Shown: positions 1 to 9,774 of the stretch, piece by piece | How the letters are laid out: the number at the start of each line of letters is the position of its first letter | Numbering within the stretch: the stretch's first letter is position 1 | DNA from: an uncultured Geobacter sp. | GTDB lineage: Bacteria > Desulfobacterota > Desulfuromonadia > Geobacterales > Geobacteraceae | NCBI GenBank assembly: GCA_964490805.1 | Contig: CAZBEB010000008.1 | Span: forward strand, 90,512-154,511 | Length of the DNA: 64,000 nt | Direction: 5' to 3' | The notes under the pieces: generated by a model | What the model was told of the DNA's origin: nothing | Database searches by the model: none | Seen by the model: only the letters and a program-made list of their open reading frames with translations | Translations under genes and position numbers: made by a program

Positions 1-1
1 G

Positions 2-736
2 GTCATGACCCTGGTGGGTGGCGGCGCCTATGCCGAGTATGCCGTTGCCTACGCCAGCCATCTGATGCGGATTCCCGAGACCATGAGCTTTGAGGAAGCG
101 GCCTGCGTCTGCGAATCGAGCATTACGGCGTTCCTCAACGTATTCATGATTGGCGGCCTCAAGGACAACAATACCGTGATCCTCCACGGCGGCGGCGGCG
201 GGGTCAATACCGCCGGTCTCCAGCTTTGCAAGGCCCTTGTTCCCAATACCAAGATCATCGTTACTTCCCATCCGAGCAAGATGGAGCGGGTGAAGGGACT
301 GGGGGCCGACCTCGTCATCGACTTCACCCAGACCCCCGATTTTTCCGAGACGGTTAAGGAGTTCACCAACAAGAAGGGTGCCGATGTGATCCTTGACCAT
401 GTGGGGGCCAAGTACCTGGCGCCCAACATGAATTCCCTGGCCTACGCCGGGCGTCTGGTCATCATCGGTGTCATCAGCGGCATCAAGGCCGAGCTGAACC
501 TGGCCCTAATGATGGTGAAGCGTCAGCAGATCATCGGCTCCGTGCTCCGGTCGCGGCCGGTTAAGGACAAGGGCGATATCGTTGCCGAGTTCACCAGGAC
601 GGCGCTGCCGAAATTCGCCGACCGGACCATCGTCCCGATCATCGAGAAGGTGTTCACCATCGACCAGGTGGTGGAAGCCCACCGGATGATGGAAGAGGAT
701 AAACATTTCGGGAAGATCGTACTGAAGATTTCTTAG
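2..736 (+). CDS. NADPH:quinone oxidoreductase / zinc-type alcohol dehydrogenase family protein, C-terminal ~245 aa (5' end off-window)
   Basis: The frame is open to the window edge. It has a GGGAYAEYA motif, a glycine-rich dinucleotide loop HGGGGGVNTAG, and a C-terminal HFGKIVLK typical of the Qor family. Confidence 0.75.
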   Translation, partial: VMTLVGGGAYAEYAVAYASHLMRIPETMSFEEAACVCESSITAFLNVFMIGGLKDNNTVILHGGGGGVNTAGLQLCKALVPNTKIIVTSHPSKMERVKGLGADLVIDFTQTPDFSETVKEFTNKKGADVILDHVGAKYLAPNMNSLAYAGRLVIIGVISGIKAELNLALMMVKRQQIIGSVLRSRPVKDKGDIVAEFTRTALPKFADRTIVPIIEKVFTIDQVVEAHRMMEEDKHFGKIVLKIS

Positions 737-795
737 CAGACACGAGAAGGGGTACCGGTGACGGTGCCCCTTCCGCTTAGGAAGAGGAGGCAGCC

Positions 796-2649
796 ATGAC
801 GGCACCGCAGTCAGTCAGGGACCTGGACCTGAAAAGCCTCGCCAGCCGCACCTTTCATCCCTCGCCCGTGGCATGGGAGGACCAGGTGCTCTACTTTCTC
901 CTGCTGGACCGTTTTTCCGACGGCAAGGAAACCGACTGCCGCGACAACAGGGGACGGCTGGTTAGGAAAGGGGGGACGCCCCGCTTCAGGCCCGGCGATG
1001 AGGGAAACGCCATCGGCACCGAACCCGAAGCGTCCGTTTGGCGCGAGGCGGGAAACTCCTGGTGCGGCGGAACCCTTAAAGGGCTCACGGGGAAAATGGG
1101 GTATCTCCGGCGGCTCGGCGTGACCGCTGTCTGGGTGAGTCCAATTTTCAAGCAGTGCTCCTTCGTTTCCACCTACCACGGCTACGGCATTCAGAATTTC
1201 CTCGATGTGGACCCGCACTTCGGCACCGCCGGTGATTTGCAGGAGCTGGTTCGCGTTGCCCACTCCAATGGCATCTATGTTATCCTCGACATCATCCTGA
1301 ACCATGCCGGCAATGTCTTTGCCTATGACCGGGGATATACCCCCTATGATGGTGCGACGGTCTATCCGGTGGAGGGGTTTCGTGCTGCCGACGGAACGCC
1401 GAACCTTCCCTTCGGCCCCATCGACACCGAGGCCGGCACCGATTCCTGGCCCGACGGCGCCCTCTGGCCCCGGGAGCTGCAACGTTTCGATGCCTTCACC
1501 CGCAAGGGGTACATCCGGGACTGGGACCGCTACCACGAATACCTGGAGGGGGATTTCTTTGATCTGAAGGATATCCATCTGGGGGATGGGGAGGCCGACT
1601 CCTTCCGCCCGTCGCCGGCGCTCCTGACGCTCTGCGACGTCTACAAGTACTGGATTGCCCTTTCCGACGTGGACGGGTATCGCATTGACACGGTAAAGCA
1701 CATGGGTGCCGGCGCGACCCGCTTTTTCGCTTCGGTGATCCATGAGTATGCCCAAGCCATCGGCAAGGAGAACTTCTACCTCATAGGAGAGATCACCGGC
1801 GGCCGCGCCAATGCGTTCGAGACCCTCGAGACCACCGGCCTCAACGCAGCTCTCGGTGTGGACGACATCCCGCTGCGGCTTGAGGATCTGGTGAAGGGGA
1901 GGACGAACCCCCTTGACTACTTCGATCTCTTCAGAAACTCGCTCCTGGTACGCAAGGAGTCCCACGTCTGGTTTCGCGACAAGGTGGTGACGGTCATCGA
2001 CGACCACGACCAGGTCTGCCGCGGCGCCAAGAAGGAGCGATTCTGTGCCGGTGCCCCCATGTGGCGCAGGCTCGTACTCAATGCCCTGGCTCTGAACGCC
2101 ACAACCCTCGGCATCCCTTGCATCTACTATGGCACAGAGCAGTCATTCGACGGCGAGGGGGGCGATGACCGGTATCTCCGCGAATGCATGTTCGGAGGGC
2201 CCTTCGGAGCTTTCCGCACCCGAGGGGTCCACTTCTTTGACGAGGAAAACCCGGTCTACCGGGAATTTTCGAAGATTCTCGCCCTGCGCAGGAAGAAACA
2301 GCCTTTGCGCAGAGGACGCCAGTATCTGCGCGAGATCTCGGGGGACGGGGTCAATTTCGGCCTCCCCTACGTGATTGGGGGAGAAATCCGCTCGGTGGTC
2401 CCCTGGTCGCGCATCTTCGATACCGAGGAGATGGTGCTTGCCATCAATACCGATGTTGACGCTCCGCGCACCGCCTGGGTTCTCGTTGACGGGAGCCTCC
2501 ACCGGGAAGGGGATCGCTTCAGCTGCCTGTATTCAACCGATTCGACCCAGATTCGAGGAAAGACCATTGCCCGGCGGGTTAATGACGCCATTCTGGCGAT
2601 CCGGGTGACAGTGCCGGCCGCCGGCTTCGTGATGTTCGAACGGTGCTGA
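796..2649 (+). CDS. alpha-amylase family glycoside hydrolase (GH13)
   Basis: The four GH13 conserved regions are visible: DIILNHAG, GYRIDTVKHM, YLIGEI and VIDDHDQ. N-terminal LLLDRFSDG and GVTAVWVSPIF motifs are also present. Confidence 0.85.
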   Translation: MTAPQSVRDLDLKSLASRTFHPSPVAWEDQVLYFLLLDRFSDGKETDCRDNRGRLVRKGGTPRFRPGDEGNAIGTEPEASVWREAGNSWCGGTLKGLTGKMGYLRRLGVTAVWVSPIFKQCSFVSTYHGYGIQNFLDVDPHFGTAGDLQELVRVAHSNGIYVILDIILNHAGNVFAYDRGYTPYDGATVYPVEGFRAADGTPNLPFGPIDTEAGTDSWPDGALWPRELQRFDAFTRKGYIRDWDRYHEYLEGDFFDLKDIHLGDGEADSFRPSPALLTLCDVYKYWIALSDVDGYRIDTVKHMGAGATRFFASVIHEYAQAIGKENFYLIGEITGGRANAFETLETTGLNAALGVDDIPLRLEDLVKGRTNPLDYFDLFRNSLLVRKESHVWFRDKVVTVIDDHDQVCRGAKKERFCAGAPMWRRLVLNALALNATTLGIPCIYYGTEQSFDGEGGDDRYLRECMFGGPFGAFRTRGVHFFDEENPVYREFSKILALRRKKQPLRRGRQYLREISGDGVNFGLPYVIGGEIRSVVPWSRIFDTEEMVLAINTDVDAPRTAWVLVDGSLHREGDRFSCLYSTDSTQIRGKTIARRVNDAILAIRVTVPAAGFVMFERC

Positions 2650-2743
2650 CTCACTACTTGGTCTGCCCCGGAATTATGGCCCATAGTTTGCTGTTTGAGT
2701 TGGTTGGGGCGTTCAGAGCCCGATTTTACCTGGGGAGAAGCGC

Positions 2744-3154
2744 ATGTGGACCGATGATTTGACAGTGGGTATCGATGAAATTGACAGTCAGCACAAATCG
2801 CTTTTCCTGCAACTGGAGAAGCTTCTGGATGCATGTGTTGCCGGCGGGGAACGGGAAGAGGTGCTGGCCATGCTTGACTTTCTTGATAATTATGTGGTGA
2901 CCCATTTTGCCACTGAGGAGGGGCTTCAGCGGGAGCATTGCTATCCGGACTATGAAAAACACCGACGGGAACACGAAGGTTTCCTGCACCGAATCAACCT
3001 GTTGAAGGAAGAAATAGCCACCTCCGCACCGTCCCGGGACTTTGTCCTCAGGGTAAACCAGACACTCATAGATTGGCTCAGATCACATATTCTTACCGTA
3101 GACAAGGCAGCGAGCGAATTTCTTCTCAAGAAAATGGGCCGTAACCCGATATAG
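2744..3154 (+). CDS. bacteriohemerythrin-like protein
   Basis: The N-terminus W-x-DDLTVGIDEIDSQHK matches hemerythrin. The His/Glu iron-ligand pattern (HF..EE, H..EH..F, W...HI...D) is present, and 136 aa is a typical size. Confidence 0.8.
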   Translation: MWTDDLTVGIDEIDSQHKSLFLQLEKLLDACVAGGEREEVLAMLDFLDNYVVTHFATEEGLQREHCYPDYEKHRREHEGFLHRINLLKEEIATSAPSRDFVLRVNQTLIDWLRSHILTVDKAASEFLLKKMGRNPI

Positions 3155-3209
3155 TTAACCACGGGAGGCGATAGCCTCCCAGTTATCAGACCGAACGGTG
3201 GGGGAAGGT

Positions 3210-3548
3210 ATGCCAGAATTTTCAGATGTACCGCGGGATATGGATGTGTTGGATTCTATACTGTCCAAAGAGACTAAGAACGGGTTCCTGGTGGATGTGC
3301 GCCTCGTGAAACGGCCGCGCCAGTACGAAGCGGCTCTCTTTCTCAATGGCAAATACAAGCATGGGCCGCCGGTGCCGCGTCCCCTTGACAACCCTTCTAC
3401 GGACGCGACCCACTGGATGGGGGTGCGCCCAAGCGTCGGGTTTACCGAGGGGGAGGCCGAAACGATTACCGACGAGATCATGTCCCAGAACCGGCTCCGT
3501 CGCATAACGTTCACAGACCGGTGGGGCAAGGAATACGAGTACGACTAA
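3210..3548 (+). CDS. hypothetical protein (112 aa; alternative GTG start at 3198)
   Basis: An ATG follows a GGGGGAAGG ribosome-binding site, and a terminator lies downstream. I recognise no family. Confidence 0.45.
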   Translation: MPEFSDVPRDMDVLDSILSKETKNGFLVDVRLVKRPRQYEAALFLNGKYKHGPPVPRPLDNPSTDATHWMGVRPSVGFTEGEAETITDEIMSQNRLRRITFTDRWGKEYEYD

Positions 3549-3569
3549 GGGTTTCGACGGTTTAGCCAT

Positions 3570-3616
3570 AAAAAACGGGACTCCGGCGCATGGCGCTGCC
3601 GGGTCCCGTTTTTTTG
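3570..3616. terminator. bidirectional rho-independent terminator between convergent genes
   Basis: AACGGGAC (3574-3581) pairs with GTCCCGTT (3603-3610) around a GC-rich inner stem. An A-run lies 5' and a T-run 3'. Confidence 0.6.
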
Positions 3617-3631
3617 TTGTCTTCCGGCAGA

Positions 3632-4249
3632 TTACCGCACCGTAAAGCTGGTTTCGCGCCGATCCTTTGCCGTGGCGGTCTTCACCGTTGAAATCACCTT
3701 GTAGGTCCCTTGCTTCGCGTCCTGGGGGAGAATAATGGGGATGGTGAAGGTGTAGGTGCCGCCACTGTGGGTAACCATGGCCTCGGGATTGCCGACGAGA
3801 TCGCCTTCATGGTAAATCTCGACGGATTCGGTCAACGCCACCTGTTCGCTGGTTGTCGGAGTGAGGAGTGCGTAGGTTGACTGGACCTCCACCCTTTCTC
3901 CGGGTTTGACGCTTGCGGGGATGGTGGACACGTTCTCAAGGCGGACCATGGTTCCCGATGAGGGTTGGACATTGTATCTGGCTGAGGTTTCTTCAGCGGT
4001 TTGCTTTTTGTCGATGGTGTAGTTGCCGATGACTCCGCCGATGAGGGCCCCGGCCAGCCCTCCGAGCACCGCCCCCTTGGTCCGCGACCCTTCTCCTGCC
4101 AAAATCGCTCCTGCCAGGGCACCGGCGGCGCCGCCGTACCCCGCCCCTTTCGCCGCTCCTTCATGTTCCTTCGGTACGGTGACGCACCCGGCAATTCCAC
4201 CCAGCGTGAATGATGCCAACGTCAATAGTGTGATCAGCTTGATTCCCAT
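3632..4249 (-). CDS. lipoprotein with glycine-zipper segment
   Basis: A signal peptide ends in the lipobox GGIAGC. It is followed by a GxxxG-rich segment (GAAKGAGYGGAAGALAGAILAG...GGLAGALIGGVIG). Confidence 0.7.
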   Translation of the reverse strand: MGIKLITLLTLASFTLGGIAGCVTVPKEHEGAAKGAGYGGAAGALAGAILAGEGSRTKGAVLGGLAGALIGGVIGNYTIDKKQTAEETSARYNVQPSSGTMVRLENVSTIPASVKPGERVEVQSTYALLTPTTSEQVALTESVEIYHEGDLVGNPEAMVTHSGGTYTFTIPIILPQDAKQGTYKVISTVKTATAKDRRETSFTVR

Positions 4250-4363
4250 GGTGTCCTCCCTGGCTCTTGCAATGCCGTGCAGAGTGAATAATGTCGACGG
4301 ACTAAGTATAGCGGGAAGGGGGACTAGTGCAAGGGGGGGGGATCGACGGAGTGAGCGGCGGTA

Positions 4364-5599
4364 TCAGGAGCAGACGCGGTTGCGCCCGCTCCCCTTTGCC
4401 CGGTAAAGCGCCTGGTCGGCTGCCTTGATGACGTCGGATGGGTGCCGGCGGTCGCCGTTGTTTTCGGATACGCCGATACTGACGGTAACCGAAACGGTGC
4501 TGTTGCCGCGACTCGACCCGTGGCGGAGTTTTTTCCCCTCCTTTGGCGAGTTCGGGCGATCGGAGCTGCGCAGGCGCATTTGGTAGTCCGCTATGGTCCG
4601 GCGCAGTTCTTCCAGGCTTTCGATAATCTCGTCACGACCCTTGCGTGGGAAGAGGATGGCAAATTCTTCGCCGCCGTAGCGGTATGTTTTGCCGCCTGAC
4701 CCCACACTGCGCAGCTTTGACGCCACCATCCGCAGAACCTGGTCACCTACGTCATGACCGTAGGTGTCGTTGAACCATTTGAAATGATCCACGTCGACCA
4801 TGGCAACGGTGTAGCGCCGGCCGAGCCACGTGAGCTGCTCGTTGAGTGCCCGGCGTGAAGGCAGCCCCGTCAAGTCGTCCTTGAAGGCCATATTGTATGA
4901 GTCTTTGAGAACACCCAGGGTGAGTATGGCTGCTGCCGTAGTCATGAAAACCGGCGTGAGGTGGTCGGTTGCGATGCCGTTACAGGCGACCGTGAAGGCC
5001 GCCATGACCCCCAGAAGGCCGGCGTCGATGGGGGATTGGCTCTTGATGGCCCTCGCCGCAACCACAATCCCCCCGAGGGCAATGACCGGCAGTGCCGGTT
5101 GGGGAAGGATGAGCCCGGCCAGGATCTGGTTCTCCGTAAACCTGCAAGCGAGAAACTGCTGCACCGCCACATGTCCCGGCTCAACGGCCCATCCCACAAA
5201 AAGGGCCTGGAGCCCCAGAAAGGTGAAACGGAGGCGGCCGGCAACGGTGACGATCCCCCGTTCGCGCATGAGGGAGAAAATGGCGATGTTCAGCGGAACG
5301 AGAACGCAGGCCGACTGGAAGAGCACCGTGGCGGCTATTCCCGCCGGCGCTCCTCTTAAATGCCCCTGAAAGCTCCAGTAAACGGCGGACAGCACGAGAA
5401 ACATGAAGAACGGTCTCCCGCGGTGGAAATAGAGCGAGAGCAGGAGTCCCATGGCAATGATCAGGTAAGGAGCGGAAGGGAGAAGTGCCAGCTTCCCCGA
5501 AGGGAGCATGGCCACCTGGGGAAAAAACCAGATTGTTGCTATGATGAGCCCTGTGGGAATGAGAAAAATAGTCAGATTTTTCATTGAAAGAGCATGCAC
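4364..5599 (-). CDS. membrane-anchored diguanylate cyclase (GGDEF domain)
   Basis: The N-terminal ~220 aa form a multi-TM region. The C-terminal domain has DVDHFKWFNDTYGH and the RYGGEEF active site. Confidence 0.85.
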   Translation of the reverse strand: MHALSMKNLTIFLIPTGLIIATIWFFPQVAMLPSGKLALLPSAPYLIIAMGLLLSLYFHRGRPFFMFLVLSAVYWSFQGHLRGAPAGIAATVLFQSACVLVPLNIAIFSLMRERGIVTVAGRLRFTFLGLQALFVGWAVEPGHVAVQQFLACRFTENQILAGLILPQPALPVIALGGIVVAARAIKSQSPIDAGLLGVMAAFTVACNGIATDHLTPVFMTTAAAILTLGVLKDSYNMAFKDDLTGLPSRRALNEQLTWLGRRYTVAMVDVDHFKWFNDTYGHDVGDQVLRMVASKLRSVGSGGKTYRYGGEEFAILFPRKGRDEIIESLEELRRTIADYQMRLRSSDRPNSPKEGKKLRHGSSRGNSTVSVTVSIGVSENNGDRRHPSDVIKAADQALYRAKGSGRNRVCS

Positions 5600-5660
5600 G
5601 CTGCAAAGGCTCCTTATCGATGGCTCTTAAGCAATCGTATCGGAGAAAAATGAGAAAACT

Positions 5661-6341
5661 TTAGCCAATATTTTCTTGGGAAAAGAGCGTCATGGAGTCG
5701 ATGTCCAGTGCCACGAGGCACCCCATGCCGGGTTTCTCCGGGTATGCGCATCCGTTGTCCAGGACTATCCGGTCGGTTGCGAGCCCCCGCAGTATTTCAG
5801 TCCGGTTCATGGGGGTGTGGCCGCCGATGACGCGACGGCCGCCTGTCAGCTCCTTGCGGACTTCCAGGGAGCGGCTCCATAGCATCGCCTCGGTATCGGC
5901 AAAGGGGTTGGGAATGTCGAAATTGAGGCTTGCGTGCACCAGTACGAAGTCCGGAAGAATGCGGTAATAGGGCATCTCGGCCAGGAACCGGCGGTACTTG
6001 AGGGGAATGTCGCAGGCGTCCTCCACGCCGAAACTGTCAAGGGTTGCGCGGCCGCCGTTCAGGATCCACATCCTGAAGAAATCGCGGTCGCTGCAACTGT
6101 TGAGAAACATCTCCTCGTGATTTCCCCTGAGAGGGAAAACCCGATATCCCTTCATGACGAGCCCCATGAGGATGTCGAGAACCTCACGGCTGCGGGGTCC
6201 CCGGTCTATGTAATCCCCCAGAAGGTACAATTCGTCGCAGCGCTTCAGGCGGATGACCTCACGGAGCAGGCGATCCAGCGTCAGGGCGCACCCATGGATA
6301 TCTGGGATGACGAAGCGGCGGGAGAGGCTGTTTTTATTCAC
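5661..6341 (-). CDS. metallophosphoesterase (Ser/Thr phosphatase / ApaH-like)
   Basis: The calcineurin-like motifs DIHGC, GDYIDRGP, GNHE and VHA are present in the canonical order. Confidence 0.8.
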   Translation of the reverse strand: MNKNSLSRRFVIPDIHGCALTLDRLLREVIRLKRCDELYLLGDYIDRGPRSREVLDILMGLVMKGYRVFPLRGNHEEMFLNSCSDRDFFRMWILNGGRATLDSFGVEDACDIPLKYRRFLAEMPYYRILPDFVLVHASLNFDIPNPFADTEAMLWSRSLEVRKELTGGRRVIGGHTPMNRTEILRGLATDRIVLDNGCAYPEKPGMGCLVALDIDSMTLFSQENIG

Positions 6342-6423
6342 TAATATACCGGTGATAAGTAAAATTCCTTCGACACAATAAATATTTATACCATGCCGGC
6401 CCCTCTCAAGTAAACCTTGCAGT

Positions 6424-6453
6424 CGTCAACCTGCATTGATGGCCAGGTTGACG
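6424..6453. promoter_or_regulatory. candidate BirA operator (bioO) upstream of bioF
   Basis: This is a perfect 10-bp inverted repeat, CGTCAACCTG-N10-CAGGTTGACG. Read another way it is GTCAACC-N14-GGTTGAC. It lies 49 bp upstream of the bioF GTG. Confidence 0.5.
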
Positions 6454-6501
6454 GTTTTGGTTTGAATGTGTTACAAAAGGTATCTGCTGAAAGGAGAAAC
6501 A

Positions 6502-7677
6502 GTGTCGAAGAGCTTTGCCGAAGAACTGGAGATTCTGAAAGCCCGGGGGCTTCATCGGAAGATGCGCCGGATTGCCGGGAGCCAGGGGAGCAGGGTTGTC
6601 GTGGATGGGAAGGATTCGCTTCTTCTCTGCTCCAACAACTACCTCGGACTGGCCGGCCACCCGCGCCTGGCCGAGGCGGCGATCAGCGCCGTGGAGCGCT
6701 ACGGCACATCCAGCGGCGCCTCGCGGCTCGTCTCCGGCAACATGGAGCTCCACGCCCTTCTCGAAGAGCGCATCGCCCGCTTCAAGGGGACCGGGGCCGC
6801 ACTGGTATTCAACTCCGGCTATGCCGCCAACAGCGGCATCATCCCGGCCCTGGCGGGGAAGGGGGACGTGGTCTTCTCCGATCGGCTAAACCATGCCAGC
6901 ATCGTGGACGGCTGCCTCCTGTCCCGTGCCACCATGGTCCGCTATCCACACAATGATATTGCCGCCCTGCGGCGTCTGCTGGAGCAGCACCAGACCGCCG
7001 GGCGCCGCCTCATAGTCACCGACGGTGTTTTCAGCATGGATGGAGACCTGGCCCGCCTTAGGGAGCTGGTGGAACTCAAGCGGGAATTCGGCGCTCTTCT
7101 CATGGTGGACGATGCCCATGGTACCGGGGTTTTGGGCGCTACCGGCCGGGGGAGCGCCGAAGTGCAAGGGGTCCTGGAGTCGGTCGATATCCACATGGGG
7201 ACTCTCGGCAAGGCCCTCGGCAGCTTCGGCGCCTACGCCGCCGCTTCTGAGGAGATCGTCGACTACCTGGCTAACCACGCCCGCAGTTTCATCTTTTCAA
7301 CGTCTCTTCCCCCGGCGGTTCTGGCTGCTTCCCTTGCCGCCATCGATTTGATCGATTCTCCCGAAGGGGCAGCACTGCGGCAGCAACTGGACCGCAATGC
7401 CATATTTTTCCGCGAAGGGCTGAGTGCCGCCGGTTTCGACACCATGGGGAGCGAAACCCAAATTGTCCCTCTGTTTGTGGGGGGGGCCGAGCAGACCATG
7501 GCGTTCACGGCGCGACTTCTGGAGGAGGGGGTCTTTGCCCAGGGGATAAGGCCCCCAACGGTGCCTGCCGGGACCTGTCGGCTCCGCTGCACCCTGATGG
7601 CGACCCACACGGAAAATGACCTTGCCGGTGCCCTCGAGCGCATGGCCAGGATCGGTCGCGAACTGGAGGTCGTCTGA
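6502..7677 (+). CDS. bioF: 8-amino-7-oxononanoate synthase
   Basis: The GTG start is preceded by an AAGGAG site with a 5-nt spacer. The sequence reads as a PLP class-II aminotransferase ([10 protein letters not shown], lysine motif GTLGKALG), and it heads a bioF-bioH-bioC cluster. Confidence 0.9.
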   Translation: MSKSFAEELEILKARGLHRKMRRIAGSQGSRVVVDGKDSLLLCSNNYLGLAGHPRLAEAAISAVERYGTSSGASRLVSGNMELHALLEERIARFKGTGAALVFNSGYAANSGIIPALAGKGDVVFSDRLNHASIVDGCLLSRATMVRYPHNDIAALRRLLEQHQTAGRRLIVTDGVFSMDGDLARLRELVELKREFGALLMVDDAHGTGVLGATGRGSAEVQGVLESVDIHMGTLGKALGSFGAYAAASEEIVDYLANHARSFIFSTSLPPAVLAASLAAIDLIDSPEGAALRQQLDRNAIFFREGLSAAGFDTMGSETQIVPLFVGGAEQTMAFTARLLEEGVFAQGIRPPTVPAGTCRLRCTLMATHTENDLAGALERMARIGRELEVV

Positions 7678-7680
7678 CCT

Positions 7681-8496
7681 ATGCCGTTTCTGGAAACGTC
7701 CGGCAATGTCAAGCTCCATTATGAGGAGGCGGGTGAGGGATTCCCGCTCGTTTTCATCCATGGCTGGGCCATGTCCGGAAGCGTATGGGCTTACCAGCGC
7801 CCCCTCGCGGAAAGATTCCGCGTCATCAATCTTGACCTGCGGGGGCACGGGAAATCATCCCCCGCGTCGGGGTATTCCTTTGGCGATTTCGCGTCCGATG
7901 TTGCTCTCCTGTTTGAACGGTTGGGGCTCCGCCGTGCTGCCCTGGTGGGGTGGTCCATGGGTGCCCAGGTTGCACTTGAGTCAATCGCGCTGCTGGGAGA
8001 TCGTGTCGCTGCGCTTGTTCTCGTCGCCGCAACTCCAAAATTCACCGCTGCCGATGGGTGGCCCCATGGCCTTCCCGCCACTGAGGCCCGAGGGCTCGGC
8101 CTGCGTCTCAAGCGTGATTACGATGGGACGCTGGGCGCATTCTTCCGGCGGATGTTTGCCGAGGGCGAGCTTACCCGCGACCAGTACCAGGGCATCGTCC
8201 GGGATATCGTCGTCCCCAGGCCCCTCCCGGATCCCGCAGCGGTTCAGGCCGCGCTGGCAACCCTTGCCGAAGGGGACCACCGCTCCATCCTTCCCTCCAT
8301 CACCTCTCCGGCTCTCGTAATTCACGGCGAGCGGGATTCAATCTGCTCTCCCGACGCCGGGCGCCATATTGCAGATGCCATACCCGGTGCGCAGTTCCTC
8401 GTAATGGGGGAGGGGCACGCACCGTTCCTTTCGCGGCCGGAGATGTTCAACCGTAAGCTCAGTGAATTCATTGCCGGGGTGATCGGCCGTGATTGA
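7681..8496 (+). CDS. bioH: alpha/beta hydrolase, pimeloyl-ACP methyl ester carboxylesterase-like
   Basis: It has an HGW oxyanion motif, the nucleophile elbow GWSMG, and a C-terminal GHAPF histidine. It sits between bioF and bioC. Confidence 0.75.
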   Translation: MPFLETSGNVKLHYEEAGEGFPLVFIHGWAMSGSVWAYQRPLAERFRVINLDLRGHGKSSPASGYSFGDFASDVALLFERLGLRRAALVGWSMGAQVALESIALLGDRVAALVLVAATPKFTAADGWPHGLPATEARGLGLRLKRDYDGTLGAFFRRMFAEGELTRDQYQGIVRDIVVPRPLPDPAAVQAALATLAEGDHRSILPSITSPALVIHGERDSICSPDAGRHIADAIPGAQFLVMGEGHAPFLSRPEMFNRKLSEFIAGVIGRD

Positions 8497-9292
8497 CCGT
8501 TCCAAGGTGCAGCGATCCTTCCACCGCCAGGCATGCGAGTACGACAATCATACCGTTGTCCAGAAGAGGGTCGTGGCCCGGCTTCTCGATATCATGTCCG
8601 AAGAGGGGGAGACCCCTTCGCGGATTCTCGACGTGGGAACCGGCACCGGGCTTCTTGCGCGGCATTTGGCTGATCGCTACCCGGATGCATTCCTCTCGTG
8701 CATCGATCTGGCTCCGGGCATGGCGGTTGTGGCCCGGCAGCGCCTCGGCCGGCGGGGCCTGGTGGCCGTAGCCGATGCGGAACACCTTCCATTTGCAGGG
8801 GAAGCCTTCGATTGCGTCGTTTCCGCCTCCACCTTCCAGTGGCTCACCACCCTCGATAACGCTTTCGGGGAGGCATGGCGCGTGCTCGCGCCCGGAGGGC
8901 GCTTTGCCTTCGCCCTTTTCGGCCACGGCACTTTCCATGAACTGAAAACTTCGTACCGTGCTGCTCTGGCTTCATCTGGCCGTGCCGGAGAGGACCGAAC
9001 CCAGCGCTTTTTCCCGGTGGATGAAGTGAGTGCTGCGATGACGCGGGCCGGATTCGCGGCCTGCCGCGTCCTATGCGAGGATGAGGTCGAGCGCCATCCC
9101 GATGTGCCCATCTTCCTTCGTGCCGTAAAACGGGCCGGCGCCGGCAATGCTTCGCCACTTCCTTCGCGGGGGCTTGCGGAGCGGCGGGTGATGGTGGAGA
9201 TGATGCGGGTTTACGGGGAACTGTTCGGCGACGGCGACGGGATACCAGCCACATATTCAGTTATCTATGGGGTGGGAGTTAAGGTGCCCTGA
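8489..9292 (+). CDS. bioC: malonyl-ACP O-methyltransferase
   Basis: The N-terminus (F...A..YD....VQ) is BioC-like. The SAM motif I ILDVGTGTG is present, and the GTG start overlaps the bioH stop. Confidence 0.8.
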   Translation: MIDRSKVQRSFHRQACEYDNHTVVQKRVVARLLDIMSEEGETPSRILDVGTGTGLLARHLADRYPDAFLSCIDLAPGMAVVARQRLGRRGLVAVADAEHLPFAGEAFDCVVSASTFQWLTTLDNAFGEAWRVLAPGGRFAFALFGHGTFHELKTSYRAALASSGRAGEDRTQRFFPVDEVSAAMTRAGFAACRVLCEDEVERHPDVPIFLRAVKRAGAGNASPLPSRGLAERRVMVEMMRVYGELFGDGDGIPATYSVIYGVGVKVP

Positions 9293-9317
9293 AAAGGCTG
9301 TTGAAAGGTATTGACGC

Positions 9318-9350
9318 AAAAAAATCCCCTGCCGTGGCAGGGGATTTCTG
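9318..9350. terminator. bidirectional terminator between bioC and arsR-family gene
   Basis: An 11-bp stem pairs AAATCCCCTGC with GCAGGGGATTT across a 4-nt loop. An A-run and T residues flank it. Confidence 0.55.
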
Positions 9351-9375
9351 GTTCTTGTCGAATGGGTGGAGCCGG

Positions 9376-9651
9376 TTAGCCGAGAACGGCGATGAGCTTC
9401 TTTGCCAGGGGATGAACCACGGTGTAATGCACTTCCACCCCATCCCTCTTTCCTTCAATTATCCCTTTGTTCTTAAGGAGTGCCAGGTGCTGGGAAACGG
9501 TTGCCTGGGGAAGGCCGAGGCATTCCCATATATGCTTAACGTTGCATTCCCTTGTGCAGAGGCCGGCTACGATCTTGAGACGGACCGGATGGCCGAGCAC
9601 CTTGAAGATTTCAGCTTCATCAGAGAAGTTCCTGTTGACGTCGAAGTCCAT
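9376..9651 (-). CDS. ArsR/SmtB family transcriptional regulator
   Basis: FKVLGHPVRLKIVAGL and the winged-HTH motif LPQATVSQHLALLK are present. At 91 aa it is a typical size. Confidence 0.85.
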   Translation of the reverse strand: MDFDVNRNFSDEAEIFKVLGHPVRLKIVAGLCTRECNVKHIWECLGLPQATVSQHLALLKNKGIIEGKRDGVEVHYTVVHPLAKKLIAVLG

Positions 9652-9774
9652 GAGTCCAGTCCTGTGGGGCGGGGCCGTGGCGTTATCCTGTAACGTGCAC
9701 CGCTCCTGTTTTTAATAATAATCCAGATATATTTATATTGTCCCAAACCACGCTTGTCAAGGAAAAGGTGCCAT

